Of a stretch of DNA of 64,000 nucleotides, positions 45,749 to 53,837 are shown one piece after another. The DNA is from Candidatus Dormibacteria bacterium. Its GTDB lineage: Bacteria > Chloroflexota > Dormibacteria > DASZGP01. Each line of letters starts with the position of its first letter. The stretch's first letter is position 1. The stretch is from assembly GCA_046262455.1 (NCBI GenBank), contig JBHEMS010000061.1:51-64050 (forward strand). The letters are read 5' to 3'. The position numbers and the translations under genes are program-made. A model generated the notes under the pieces. The model was not told the DNA's origin and made no database searches. It saw only the letters and a program-made list of their open reading frames with translations.

Positions 45749-46681
45749 ATGGCCTTTGACATTGAGCGCTACAAGGCGAACTCGCGAAAGATCGACCTTT
45801 CCGACATCGACTGGGACGCGGTCAGGGACCATCCCCTGCCCCAGGAGGCGATCGACTCGATGCTCTACATGATGGACATCGAGACCCACACCGCGATCTA
45901 CCTCTCGGAGCTCCTGGTGTCCAAGGCCTGCATGGACCCGGTGATCACCAGCTTCCTGTCGTGCTGGGTCTACGAGGAGATGTACCACGGCGAGGCGTTC
46001 GTCCAATTCCTTCGGGCCTACGGGGTGCCCGTCAGTGACGACCGTCCGAAAGAGATCCGTTTGAAGGAGGGGTTCGGGCGAGTCACCGCCACCATGGCCA
46101 TCATGTTCGGCTCTTACCTCATCCCGTTCTTCCCCGCCTTATACCTCAGCGTTGGCGCGATCAACGAGATGACCACGCTGACCGGTTACCAGCAGTTGAT
46201 GAAGCGCGCCCAGCACCCCGTCCTCGACAAGATCCTCGAACGGATCATCAAGCAGGAGCGCACGCACTACGCGTTCTACCGATCGATGGCGGAGCAACTG
46301 CTGGCGGAGAGCGCTGCGGCCCGGCGGCTCAACCGCTGGTTCATGGACCAGCGCTTCGTCGCCGTCGGTGAGGGCGTGAAGACCCGAGACGAGGTCAACC
46401 GGTTGGCGCTCTTCCTGTTCGATGGTGAGGACGGCCGCGCCGCCACCCGCCGCATCGACCAGGAAGCAGCGAAGCTGCCCGGGCTGGAGGGGATCAACCT
46501 CCTCGAGCGGATCCGTGACCGGGCCTACGACGAGACCGGTCGGCCCGACCCCGGCAGGGAATCCGGCCCGGCACGAGGCAGCAGGCGCACGCGACCAGCT
46601 CTACCGATGGCAGTCGGGGCGGTCGCGTTGACCGCCGCGGCGGTGGGTTTGATCGCCTCGGGACGAGAGCAGCAGGTCTAG
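45749..46681 (+). CDS. ferritin-like di-iron carboxylate protein (acyl-ACP desaturase/AurF-like) with a C-terminal TM anchor
   Basis: Candidate metal ligands are DIETH, EEMYH, NEM and KQERTH, in the spacing of a four-helix-bundle di-iron site. The C-terminal hydrophobic segment is LPMAVGAVALTAAAVGLIA. AGGAG lies 7 nt upstream of the ATG. Confidence 0.8.
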   Translation: MAFDIERYKANSRKIDLSDIDWDAVRDHPLPQEAIDSMLYMMDIETHTAIYLSELLVSKACMDPVITSFLSCWVYEEMYHGEAFVQFLRAYGVPVSDDRPKEIRLKEGFGRVTATMAIMFGSYLIPFFPALYLSVGAINEMTTLTGYQQLMKRAQHPVLDKILERIIKQERTHYAFYRSMAEQLLAESAAARRLNRWFMDQRFVAVGEGVKTRDEVNRLALFLFDGEDGRAATRRIDQEAAKLPGLEGINLLERIRDRAYDETGRPDPGRESGPARGSRRTRPALPMAVGAVALTAAAVGLIASGREQQV

Positions 46682-46702
46682 GCCCGCACCACGCGCCTGA
46701 AG

Positions 46703-46777
46703 TGGTGGGCGACGCTGGATTTGAACCAGCGACCCCTACGATGTCAACGTAGTGCTCTACCCCTGAGCTAGCCGCCC
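46703..46777 (-). tRNA. tRNA-Val (anticodon GAC), CCA encoded
   Basis: The reverse complement folds as a cloverleaf: GGGCGGC-UA-GCUC-AGGGGUA-GAGC-A-CUACG-UUGACAU-CGUAG-GGGUC-GCUGG-UUCAAAU-CCAGC-GUCGCCC-A-CCA. Confidence 0.94.
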
Positions 46778-46812
46778 ACAGCGCGAATGATTGTAGTGAC
46801 CCGGAAGGGAAA

Positions 46813-48159
46813 CTAGCGGCTGTCGGGCTCCCGGGCGGGCTCCGGCGCAGGCGCGGGGTCGGGCCTCCATGGCCGGGACAGCAGCGCGGATGAGGCCAGG
46901 AGCAACCCCATCAATACGAACACGATCTTCAACCCGAAGGTGTCCGCGGCCAGGCCGGCGATGAACAGCGGCACCGAGATCGCCAGGTTGAGCACGGTGA
47001 ACATCGCGCCGAACGTGCGCCCCCGCTGCTCGGGGTCCGTCGACTCCTGGAGCAGTGTGACGGCCGGGATGAAGACCGCGCCAAACGCCCCCCCGAAGAA
47101 GAAGCCGGCGGTCGCGGCGAAGGCGATGAGGGCCCCGCGGAGGTGGAGGTTGGAGATCAGCGCGGGCACCGTGCCCATCAGGATGAGGATGACCCCGAGG
47201 ACGATCAGGCCGAACCCGATCAATCCGCTGCGGGCGGCCAGTTTCCCGCGCCCCAGGTACACCGCCACGATGCCCATCCCAGCGGCCGCCGGCACCAAGA
47301 TGAGGTAGGAGTCGCGGGGGTCAAGGTGCAGTTCGGTCTTCATGTATCCCTGGGCCAGCGTGAACAGCGAGAAGATCAGCATCACCGCCAGGCCGAGCTG
47401 GCCGAATGCCCGCAGCAGGGCGCGGTGATCGCGGAGGAACTGCGCTGTCTCGGTCATCTCGGACCACATCTGCATAGCCCAGTTCCGCCCCAGGTCGTGG
47501 GGCGGCTCCTTTGTACGCGCCGAGAGGTTGGTCTTCATCACTATGTTGGCGACCGCCGCGCCGAAGAACAGCACGGCGGCAACGATGTAGGGCGCGTACT
47601 GCCCCAGCACACGCACGAGGACCGAGGAGATCGGCAACCCTACGACCAGCGTTCCCACGATGGTCAGGGTGAACACCGAGGTGGCTGTGACCAGGCTGCG
47701 CTTGGGCATGATGAACGGTAGGGAGGACGCCTCGGCGGGGGCGAAGAACTGGCCCACGGAGCTGAACAGCAGTGTGATCAGTAGGAGGTGCCAGGTGACG
47801 GACCGGAAATACGGCAGCAGCGCGCTGAGCGGTACGAGCAGGATCAGGCCGCCGCGGATGACATTGGTGAACGCCATCATCCGACGCTTGTCGAAGCGGT
47901 CGGCGTAGATGCCGGCGATGGGCGACAGCAGCACTGAGGGGAACGTGTAGGCCAGCAGGACGATGGCCTCCTGGGTATTCGCCGCGCTGCGTTCGTAGGT
48001 CGCCGAAAGCAACGAGTACACCAGGAATTTGTCGGCCAGCTGGCTGGCGATCTGGGAGCCCCAGATGAGCTGGAACTCGCGGTTCTGCAGTAGCTCGCGG
48101 AACCCGCGGGCCTCAATGCCCGCCGCCCCTGGCGGCAGGAGCTCGGGCTCAGGGAGCAT
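46813..48159 (-). CDS. MFS transporter
   Basis: About 12 predicted TM helices. FRELLQNREFQLIWGSQIASQLADKF and GIYADRFDKRRMM (motif-A-like). I place the start at ATG 48157-48159, which overlaps the rsmA stop by 11 nt. The track N-terminal extension reads rsmA out of frame. Confidence 0.88.
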   Translation of the reverse strand: MLPEPELLPPGAAGIEARGFRELLQNREFQLIWGSQIASQLADKFLVYSLLSATYERSAANTQEAIVLLAYTFPSVLLSPIAGIYADRFDKRRMMAFTNVIRGGLILLVPLSALLPYFRSVTWHLLLITLLFSSVGQFFAPAEASSLPFIMPKRSLVTATSVFTLTIVGTLVVGLPISSVLVRVLGQYAPYIVAAVLFFGAAVANIVMKTNLSARTKEPPHDLGRNWAMQMWSEMTETAQFLRDHRALLRAFGQLGLAVMLIFSLFTLAQGYMKTELHLDPRDSYLILVPAAAGMGIVAVYLGRGKLAARSGLIGFGLIVLGVILILMGTVPALISNLHLRGALIAFAATAGFFFGGAFGAVFIPAVTLLQESTDPEQRGRTFGAMFTVLNLAISVPLFIAGLAADTFGLKIVFVLMGLLLASSALLSRPWRPDPAPAPEPAREPDSR

Positions 48160-48976
48160 CGCGGTAGGCCGAGTAGAGGGTGGCCCACTCCGACAGGTCG
48201 AGGGTTTGCGGGCGGCGCATCTCGTCGAGTCCCGCCCGACGCACCACCTCGCGCGCCGCCAGGATGTCGTGGGCCATCGCATTGGCCACGGCATTGGGCA
48301 GCTTCTTGCGGCGCTCCTGGAACACCGCTCGCGCAAAGTCGAAGAAGGCCGCATCGGCGAAGGCTGCCGGCGGTCCGGGGCGCAGCATGACCAGGGCCGA
48401 GTCGACGCCGGGGACGGGATCGAAGGCGCGCGCCGGGACCCGCATCAGGATCTCCGCGGTGGCGCTGGTCCGCACCGCCAGGGTGGACAGGCTCCAGTCG
48501 CCGGGTGCCGCCGAAAGTCGCTGGGCAACCTCGAGCTGCACCAGCAGGCAGACCCACTCCGGCTGCGGCCGAAGACCAAGAAGGCGTGGAATCAACAGCC
48601 CCGTGATGTGGTAGGGGATGTTGCCGAAGACCGCGTACCGGCCGTCGACGTGCGCCGGGATGTCGACCTCCAGGGCGTCACCGTGGACAACGGTCACGGC
48701 GGCGGCACGGCGCGCCTCCTTCTGCAGGATGGGGATCATCCGGTCGTCCAGCTCGATTGCCACCACCCGTTCACGGGTCTCGGCGAGCGCCCGGGTCATC
48801 GTGCCCGGACCCGCTCCCACCTCCACCAGCTGGCCCGGGTCGGTGGGAAGCGAATCGACGATCTGGCGCGCGATAACCGAGTCCACGAGGAAGTTCTGGC
48901 TCAGGGACCGCCGCGCCCGCATGCCGTGGCGCGCGAGCACCGCGGCGGGGTCTGCGAAAGCGTCCACGGATGCCAT
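48149..48976 (-). CDS. rsmA: 16S rRNA (adenine1518/1519-N6)-dimethyltransferase
   Basis: RRSLSQNFLVD...VEVGAGPGTMTRAL...GNIPYHIT. Confidence 0.95.
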   Translation of the reverse strand: MASVDAFADPAAVLARHGMRARRSLSQNFLVDSVIARQIVDSLPTDPGQLVEVGAGPGTMTRALAETRERVVAIELDDRMIPILQKEARRAAAVTVVHGDALEVDIPAHVDGRYAVFGNIPYHITGLLIPRLLGLRPQPEWVCLLVQLEVAQRLSAAPGDWSLSTLAVRTSATAEILMRVPARAFDPVPGVDSALVMLRPGPPAAFADAAFFDFARAVFQERRKKLPNAVANAMAHDILAAREVVRRAGLDEMRRPQTLDLSEWATLYSAYRDAP

Positions 48977-48978
48977 GG

Positions 48979-49767
48979 CTAGCCCGGAAAACGGAAGGTA
49001 CGGTCGACGGTGCTGGTCGATAGTGCCGCAAAATCGTCAAGCGACATCGCCTTGATCTGCGCCACGGCGGCCGCCGTCTCGATCATCATGTGGGGCCGGT
49101 TGGGCTTGCCCCGCCATGGCTGTGGGGGAAGGAATGGCGCATCCGTCTCGACCACGATCTGGTCGGCGGGGACAGCCTCCAGGGCCTCCCGCAGCGCCCC
49201 GGCGCTGGGGTAGGTCACCGGGCCGGCGACGGAGACGATGATGCCCCGGCTCACGCACTCCCGGGCAAAGTCGGCGTCGCCGCTGAAGGCGTGCATGACG
49301 ACCTGCAAATCTTCAAAGTCTTCGAGGATCTCGAGGGTGTCGGCATGGGCATCGCGGTTGTGAACGACCGCCGGGAGGTGCGCCTTGCGCGCGACCTGCA
49401 GCATGCGCCGAAAGCTCTGCTTCTGCACGTCCGGCGGCACCTCGTGGTAGCCCGGTCGCCAGTGGTAATCCAGGCCGATCTCGCCGATCGCGACAACCCG
49501 CGGGTCGCCGGCCAGTTCCAGCAGCGACATCAGGTCGTCGTCCTGCGGTGGTTCCTTTTCGTGCGGGTGCCACCCCAGGGTTGCGTGGACACCCTCATGC
49601 CCCGAGGCGCGCTCCATCACGGCCTGGTTGTCGGGGCCGAGCCCGATGTTGATCACCCGGGTCACGCCCGCCGCCGTCCCCTCCCGGAGGGCCGCCTCCA
49701 GCTCGCCATCGCCGGACTCCGCGATCAGCTCGAGGTGGCAGTGGGTATCGGTCAGGTTCATCGCCAT
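48979..49767 (-). CDS. tatD: TatD family metal-dependent hydrolase
   Basis: LTDTHCHL...IGEIGLDYH...VVHNRDAH...MHAFSG...ETDAPFL. Confidence 0.93.
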   Translation of the reverse strand: MAMNLTDTHCHLELIAESGDGELEAALREGTAAGVTRVINIGLGPDNQAVMERASGHEGVHATLGWHPHEKEPPQDDDLMSLLELAGDPRVVAIGEIGLDYHWRPGYHEVPPDVQKQSFRRMLQVARKAHLPAVVHNRDAHADTLEILEDFEDLQVVMHAFSGDADFARECVSRGIIVSVAGPVTYPSAGALREALEAVPADQIVVETDAPFLPPQPWRGKPNRPHMMIETAAAVAQIKAMSLDDFAALSTSTVDRTFRFPG

Positions 49768-49777
49768 GCGCGCAGGG

Positions 49778-51364
49778 TCAGGCCTCGGTCACGATCCTGT
49801 CAAGTCGCGGGAACAGCACCGCGCCCACCTCGGTGGCGTGGCCGGGGTTGATGCCCCCCCAGCGGAGGACCTCGGCCAGGTCATGCCCCTCAGCGGCCAG
49901 CGAGAGCGGATGCGGTACGCGCAGTTGTGTCGCCAGGCCCTCGGCGGCGTCGGGCACAAACGGGCTGACCAGGTACGTGAGGATGCGCAGCGTCTCAACC
50001 AGGTTGTACAGCACCGTGCCGAGCTCGGCCTCACGTTCTGGTTGCTTGCGGAGGCCCCACGGTTTGCTCTCTTCGACGTACTTGTTGGCACGGCTGACCA
50101 GCTGCCAGATGTCCTCCAGGGCGCCGCTGAAGTCGAGCGCCTGCATACGGCGATCGACGGCCGCCGGCAGTGAGGTTGCGATCTCCCGCAGCTCAACATG
50201 GATCCCGGTCGCGTTGACCTGCGCATCGGGGACCACTCCGCCGGTGTATTGCTTGAGCATTTTCAGCACCCGGGATGCCAGGTTGCCGAAATCGTTGGCG
50301 AGGTCCGCGTTGTAGCGATCGACAAAGGTCTCCAGCGTGAAGTCGCCATCGCGGTCGAACGGCACCTCGCGCAGCATGGTGTACCGCGCCGCGTCACTGC
50401 CCGCCAACGGACGGACGTCACCCGGCGCCTGGAGACTGTCGACAAGCGCCAGAGGCTCGAAAAAGATGCCCTTGGACTTGCTCATCTTCTCGCCGCCAAT
50501 GTTGATGTAACCGTGCGAATAGACGCGGTGGGGCAGTTCGACGCCTGCGGCCCACAGCATCACCGGCCACATGATGGTGTGAAAGCGGGTGATGCCCTTG
50601 CCGATGATGTGCACGTCGCACGGCCAGTAGCGCGCAAATTGCTCCCTGTCGGTGGCGAAACCTACGCCGGTTACGTAGGCCAGGAGGGCGTCAAACCAGA
50701 CGTAGATCACCTGGCTTTTATCGAAGGGCAGGGGGAACCCCCAGTCGGTGAACCCGCGTGAGATCGAAACGTCCTGCAGGCCCTCGCGGATGACATTGAG
50801 CATCTCGTTGCGCCGTGACTCCGGTTGGAGGAAATCGGGGCGCTGGTGAAGTTCGATCAGCCGATCTGTGAACGCGGTTAGCTTGAGGAAGTAGTTGTCC
50901 TCCTCGATGTGCTCGAGGACGATCTTGTGCTCCGGGCAGCGGTGACCATCGAGCAGCTCGCGCTCCTGGTAGTACTGCTCGCAGCTGGGGCAGTAGTACC
51001 CGCTGTACTTGCCTTTATAGATGTAGCCGTTGTCGTAGACGCGCTGCAGGAATTCCTCGGTGGTGGCGCGGTTGGCATCCGACGAAGTGCGCACAAACTC
51101 CGAATAGTCCACCTGCAGGCGCGCCAACACGCGCTCCCAGGTGGGGATCATCGAGTCGGCGTAGGCCTGCGGCTCCATTCCCTTGGCGGCGGCCTCGCGG
51201 GCGACCGACTGGGAGTGCTCGTCGGAGCCGACCACCAGCCGGGTGTCGTCGCCGGCCAGGCGCCGGTAGCGGACGAGGACGTCGGCGGCCGCCTTTTCAT
51301 ACGCGTGGCCGAGGTGCGGCACGCCGTTGACATAGTCGATCGCTGTTGTGACGTAGAACTTCAT
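49778..51364 (-). CDS. metG: methionine--tRNA ligase (short form, no C-terminal tRNA-binding domain)
   Basis: FYVTTAIDYVNGVPHLGHAYE, Zn knuckles CPSCEQY/CPEH and KMSKSKG. Confidence 0.97.
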   Translation of the reverse strand: MKFYVTTAIDYVNGVPHLGHAYEKAAADVLVRYRRLAGDDTRLVVGSDEHSQSVAREAAAKGMEPQAYADSMIPTWERVLARLQVDYSEFVRTSSDANRATTEEFLQRVYDNGYIYKGKYSGYYCPSCEQYYQERELLDGHRCPEHKIVLEHIEEDNYFLKLTAFTDRLIELHQRPDFLQPESRRNEMLNVIREGLQDVSISRGFTDWGFPLPFDKSQVIYVWFDALLAYVTGVGFATDREQFARYWPCDVHIIGKGITRFHTIMWPVMLWAAGVELPHRVYSHGYINIGGEKMSKSKGIFFEPLALVDSLQAPGDVRPLAGSDAARYTMLREVPFDRDGDFTLETFVDRYNADLANDFGNLASRVLKMLKQYTGGVVPDAQVNATGIHVELREIATSLPAAVDRRMQALDFSGALEDIWQLVSRANKYVEESKPWGLRKQPEREAELGTVLYNLVETLRILTYLVSPFVPDAAEGLATQLRVPHPLSLAAEGHDLAEVLRWGGINPGHATEVGAVLFPRLDRIVTEA

Positions 51365-51366
51365 CT

Positions 51367-52047
51367 TTACTTCTTCCTGCTGACGCCCTCGACGAGGATG
51401 GTGATCTCGCCCTTCGGCGGCTTGGCGCGGTAGCGGTCGGCGAGTTCCGCGGCGCGGCCCACGCGGATCTCCTCGTGGACTTTGGTCAGCTCCCGGGCCA
51501 CGGCGCAGCGGCGATCGGGCAGGGTGGCCGAGATTATATCGAGGGTCTTGAGCAGCCTCTGGGCAGATTCGTACGCGACAAAGGTGCGCCGGTCATCCGC
51601 CAGGGCTTCGAACACGCGCGTCATCTCACTCGATTTGCGGGGCAGGAAGCCGCCAAAGACGAAGCGGTCGCCACTGAAGCCGGACCCCGCGAGCGCGGTG
51701 GTGACCGCCGAGGGGCCGGGGATGACCACCACCTCGTGGCCCGCGGCGCGCACCTGGTCGACCAAATGCGCCCCGGGGTCGGAGACCACCGGCATGCCAC
51801 CATCCGTGCAGTACGCCACCTCACCGCCCTCCAGCGCCTCAACCACCTGCTGCGCCCGGCTCCGTTCGACATCGCCATACACCGCGACCAGGGGCTTTCG
51901 CAGCCCAAGGTGGGTCAACAGCGCCCGGGTCCGGCGGGTGTCCTCGGCGGCGACCAGCGACACCTCGCCCAGCACTCGGGCCGCCCGGGGTGTGAGGTCC
52001 TCGAGGTTGCCGATCGGCGTCCCCACCACGAACAGCGTCCCCATCAA
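51367..52047 (-). CDS. rsmI: 16S rRNA (cytidine1402-2'-O)-methyltransferase
   Basis: GTLFVVGTPIGNLEDLTPRAARVL...VAAEDTRRT...SDPG. At 226 aa it lacks the C-terminal helical tail seen in E. coli RsmI. Confidence 0.92.
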   Translation of the reverse strand: MMGTLFVVGTPIGNLEDLTPRAARVLGEVSLVAAEDTRRTRALLTHLGLRKPLVAVYGDVERSRAQQVVEALEGGEVAYCTDGGMPVVSDPGAHLVDQVRAAGHEVVVIPGPSAVTTALAGSGFSGDRFVFGGFLPRKSSEMTRVFEALADDRRTFVAYESAQRLLKTLDIISATLPDRRCAVARELTKVHEEIRVGRAAELADRYRAKPPKGEITILVEGVSRKK

Positions 52048-52063
52048 CGGTCTGCGCCGCGGC

Positions 52064-52936
52064 TCAGACGCCCCAGTCCCTGGGGTACTTGAAGTCCCGG
52101 TCGATGGTGCGTGACGACAGCTTGGCGATGATCGGCGTGCGTCGCTTGTACTGGTTTATGCGGATACGCTTCAGCACGGAGTCGACGAACGCCGGGTCGT
52201 GCCCATTTTCGACCAGCTCGGCGCGGGTCATGCGGCGGTCGATGGCGTGGTACAGGAGGCGGTCGACCTGGGCATAGGCGAACCCCAACTCCTGCTCATC
52301 GGACTGCCCCTGCCAGAGGTCCGCGGAAGGGGCCTTGTGAACAACCTGTTCCGGGAGCTGGACATGGGCGGAGAGTTGCCAGACCTGCGACTTGTAAAGG
52401 TCTCCGATGGGGTTCAGTGCCGACGCCATGTCGCCAAAGATGGTGCCGTAGCCCAGCAGCAGCTCCGTCTTGTTGCTGGTGCCCAGCACCAGGGCGTTGT
52501 CGCGGGCCGAGACGTCGTAGAGGATCGTCATGCGTTCCCGCGCCATCTTGTTGCCGCGGCGCGCGTCGCCGGCCTCGGGCTGCCCTTCAAAGTAGGCGTC
52601 GACCTGGGGGGTGATGTCGACCACCTCCTGCCGGCACCCGAGTGCCAGTGCGACGGCGGTAGCATCCTCGAGGCTCTGGGGGTTGCTCAGGCGATACGGC
52701 ATCGAGACGCCGGTGACGTTATCCGCACCCAGGGCCTCAACCGCCAGCGCGGCGACCAGCGCGGAGTCGACGCCGCCTGACAGGCCCAGCACCGCCTTCT
52801 CGAAGCCCACGCGACCGGTCTCGTTGCGGATGAAGCCCGTCAGGATGCTTCGCACCAGCGGCAGGTTGATGGTCAGTTCATCCGTGTCCAGCGGCTCTGC
52901 CGCGACAGGCTCAGTAGGAGCCTGCTGTCCGCTCAT
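52064..52936 (-). CDS. nadE: NAD+ synthetase, synthetase (PP-loop) subunit
   Basis: [15 protein letters not shown] (SGGxDS). I place the start at ATG 52934-52936 (MSGQQAP), which overlaps the 3' end of the upstream CN-hydrolase gene by 26 nt in another frame. Confidence 0.9.
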   Translation of the reverse strand: MSGQQAPTEPVAAEPLDTDELTINLPLVRSILTGFIRNETGRVGFEKAVLGLSGGVDSALVAALAVEALGADNVTGVSMPYRLSNPQSLEDATAVALALGCRQEVVDITPQVDAYFEGQPEAGDARRGNKMARERMTILYDVSARDNALVLGTSNKTELLLGYGTIFGDMASALNPIGDLYKSQVWQLSAHVQLPEQVVHKAPSADLWQGQSDEQELGFAYAQVDRLLYHAIDRRMTRAELVENGHDPAFVDSVLKRIRINQYKRRTPIIAKLSSRTIDRDFKYPRDWGV

Positions 52937-53837
52937 CCCAGACTCTTTCCAGCTCGCGCAGGGTGAACTCCACCTTCTCATCGCGCAGCAACGGCGTGAT
53001 CTGTCGCTGGCGCTCGACCTCGCGAACGTCGATGTCGGCGCAGATCACCTGGTGGCCCTGGGGAAGGGCCCCCTCCTCGCGAATGGAAGCCCCGTCGGCC
53101 GCGACGATCGTGCTGCCGTCCGGCCCGACCACGGCCGACCCGCCCCAGAAATAGACGCCGTCCTCGTAGCCCGTCCGATTGCAATACGCGACGTAGCTGC
53201 CACTGAACTGGGCAACCGTGCGACAGAGGTCTCCCCAGGACTCGCCGCTGCCAAGCCCGCGCTCCCGGTCCGGGTCGGCGAGCACCCCCCGGCCCGGTCC
53301 TGCGGAGGGACAGATCAGCAGGCTGATCCCCTGGACGAAGAGCAGGTACGAGGTGCTGAGGTGCCACATGTCCTCGCAGACCAGCATGCCCGTCGAAACT
53401 CCCGCGTGGTTGAAGCTCCGCACGCGGTCGCCTGCCGCGAAGTAGCGCGCCTCGTCGAACATCCCGTACGTCGGCAGGTACACCTTGCGGTGAGCATGCC
53501 GCACCTCCCCACCCGACAGGTAGACCGCGGCGTTGTAGTGCCGATAATCGGCGGACGTCAGCACCATGCCCACCACCAGGTCCAGGCGCCGCGAGAGGTC
53601 AAGCAGGGGTGCGAGGCGGGCATCGTCGAGGGTCATGGAAACCTCGGGGACCAGGTCCTTGAGGAGGTACCCGGTGAGGCTGAGCTCGGGAAAGACACAG
53701 AGGTGAGCGCCGTTGTCGAGCGCCTGTTCAGCGAGCTCGTGGTGAAGCTTGAGGTTCTCCCCCAGGTCCCCGAGCCGCGGAGCGCATTGGGCCAGCGCCA
53801 GGCGGCGCCGCGGGCTCGATTCCGGCGTACTCCCCAT
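52911..53837 (-). CDS. carbon-nitrogen hydrolase (likely glutaminase partner of NadE)
   Basis: The Glu-Lys-Cys triad contexts are [19 protein letters not shown] and LVCEDMWH. I place the start at ATG 53835-53837 ([17 protein letters not shown]). Confidence 0.85.
   Translation of the reverse strand: MGSTPESSPRRRLALAQCAPRLGDLGENLKLHHELAEQALDNGAHLCVFPELSLTGYLLKDLVPEVSMTLDDARLAPLLDLSRRLDLVVGMVLTSADYRHYNAAVYLSGGEVRHAHRKVYLPTYGMFDEARYFAAGDRVRSFNHAGVSTGMLVCEDMWHLSTSYLLFVQGISLLICPSAGPGRGVLADPDRERGLGSGESWGDLCRTVAQFSGSYVAYCNRTGYEDGVYFWGGSAVVGPDGSTIVAADGASIREEGALPQGHQVICADIDVREVERQRQITPLLRDEKVEFTLRELERVWDERTAGSY

Noticed and set aside
41137-46702. This could be a genomic island integrated at tRNA-Val.
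   Set aside because: There is no integrase, recombinase or transposase. I could find no direct repeat of the tRNA 3' end at the far boundary. GC content and codon bias look like the rest of the window.
46685-46710. The hairpin CACCAC-(9 nt)-GTGGTG downstream of the di-iron gene might be a terminator.
   Set aside because: Its 3' arm is the CCA and acceptor end of the tRNA-Val gene on the other strand. It is more likely incidental or related to tRNA 3' processing, and there is no U-tract.
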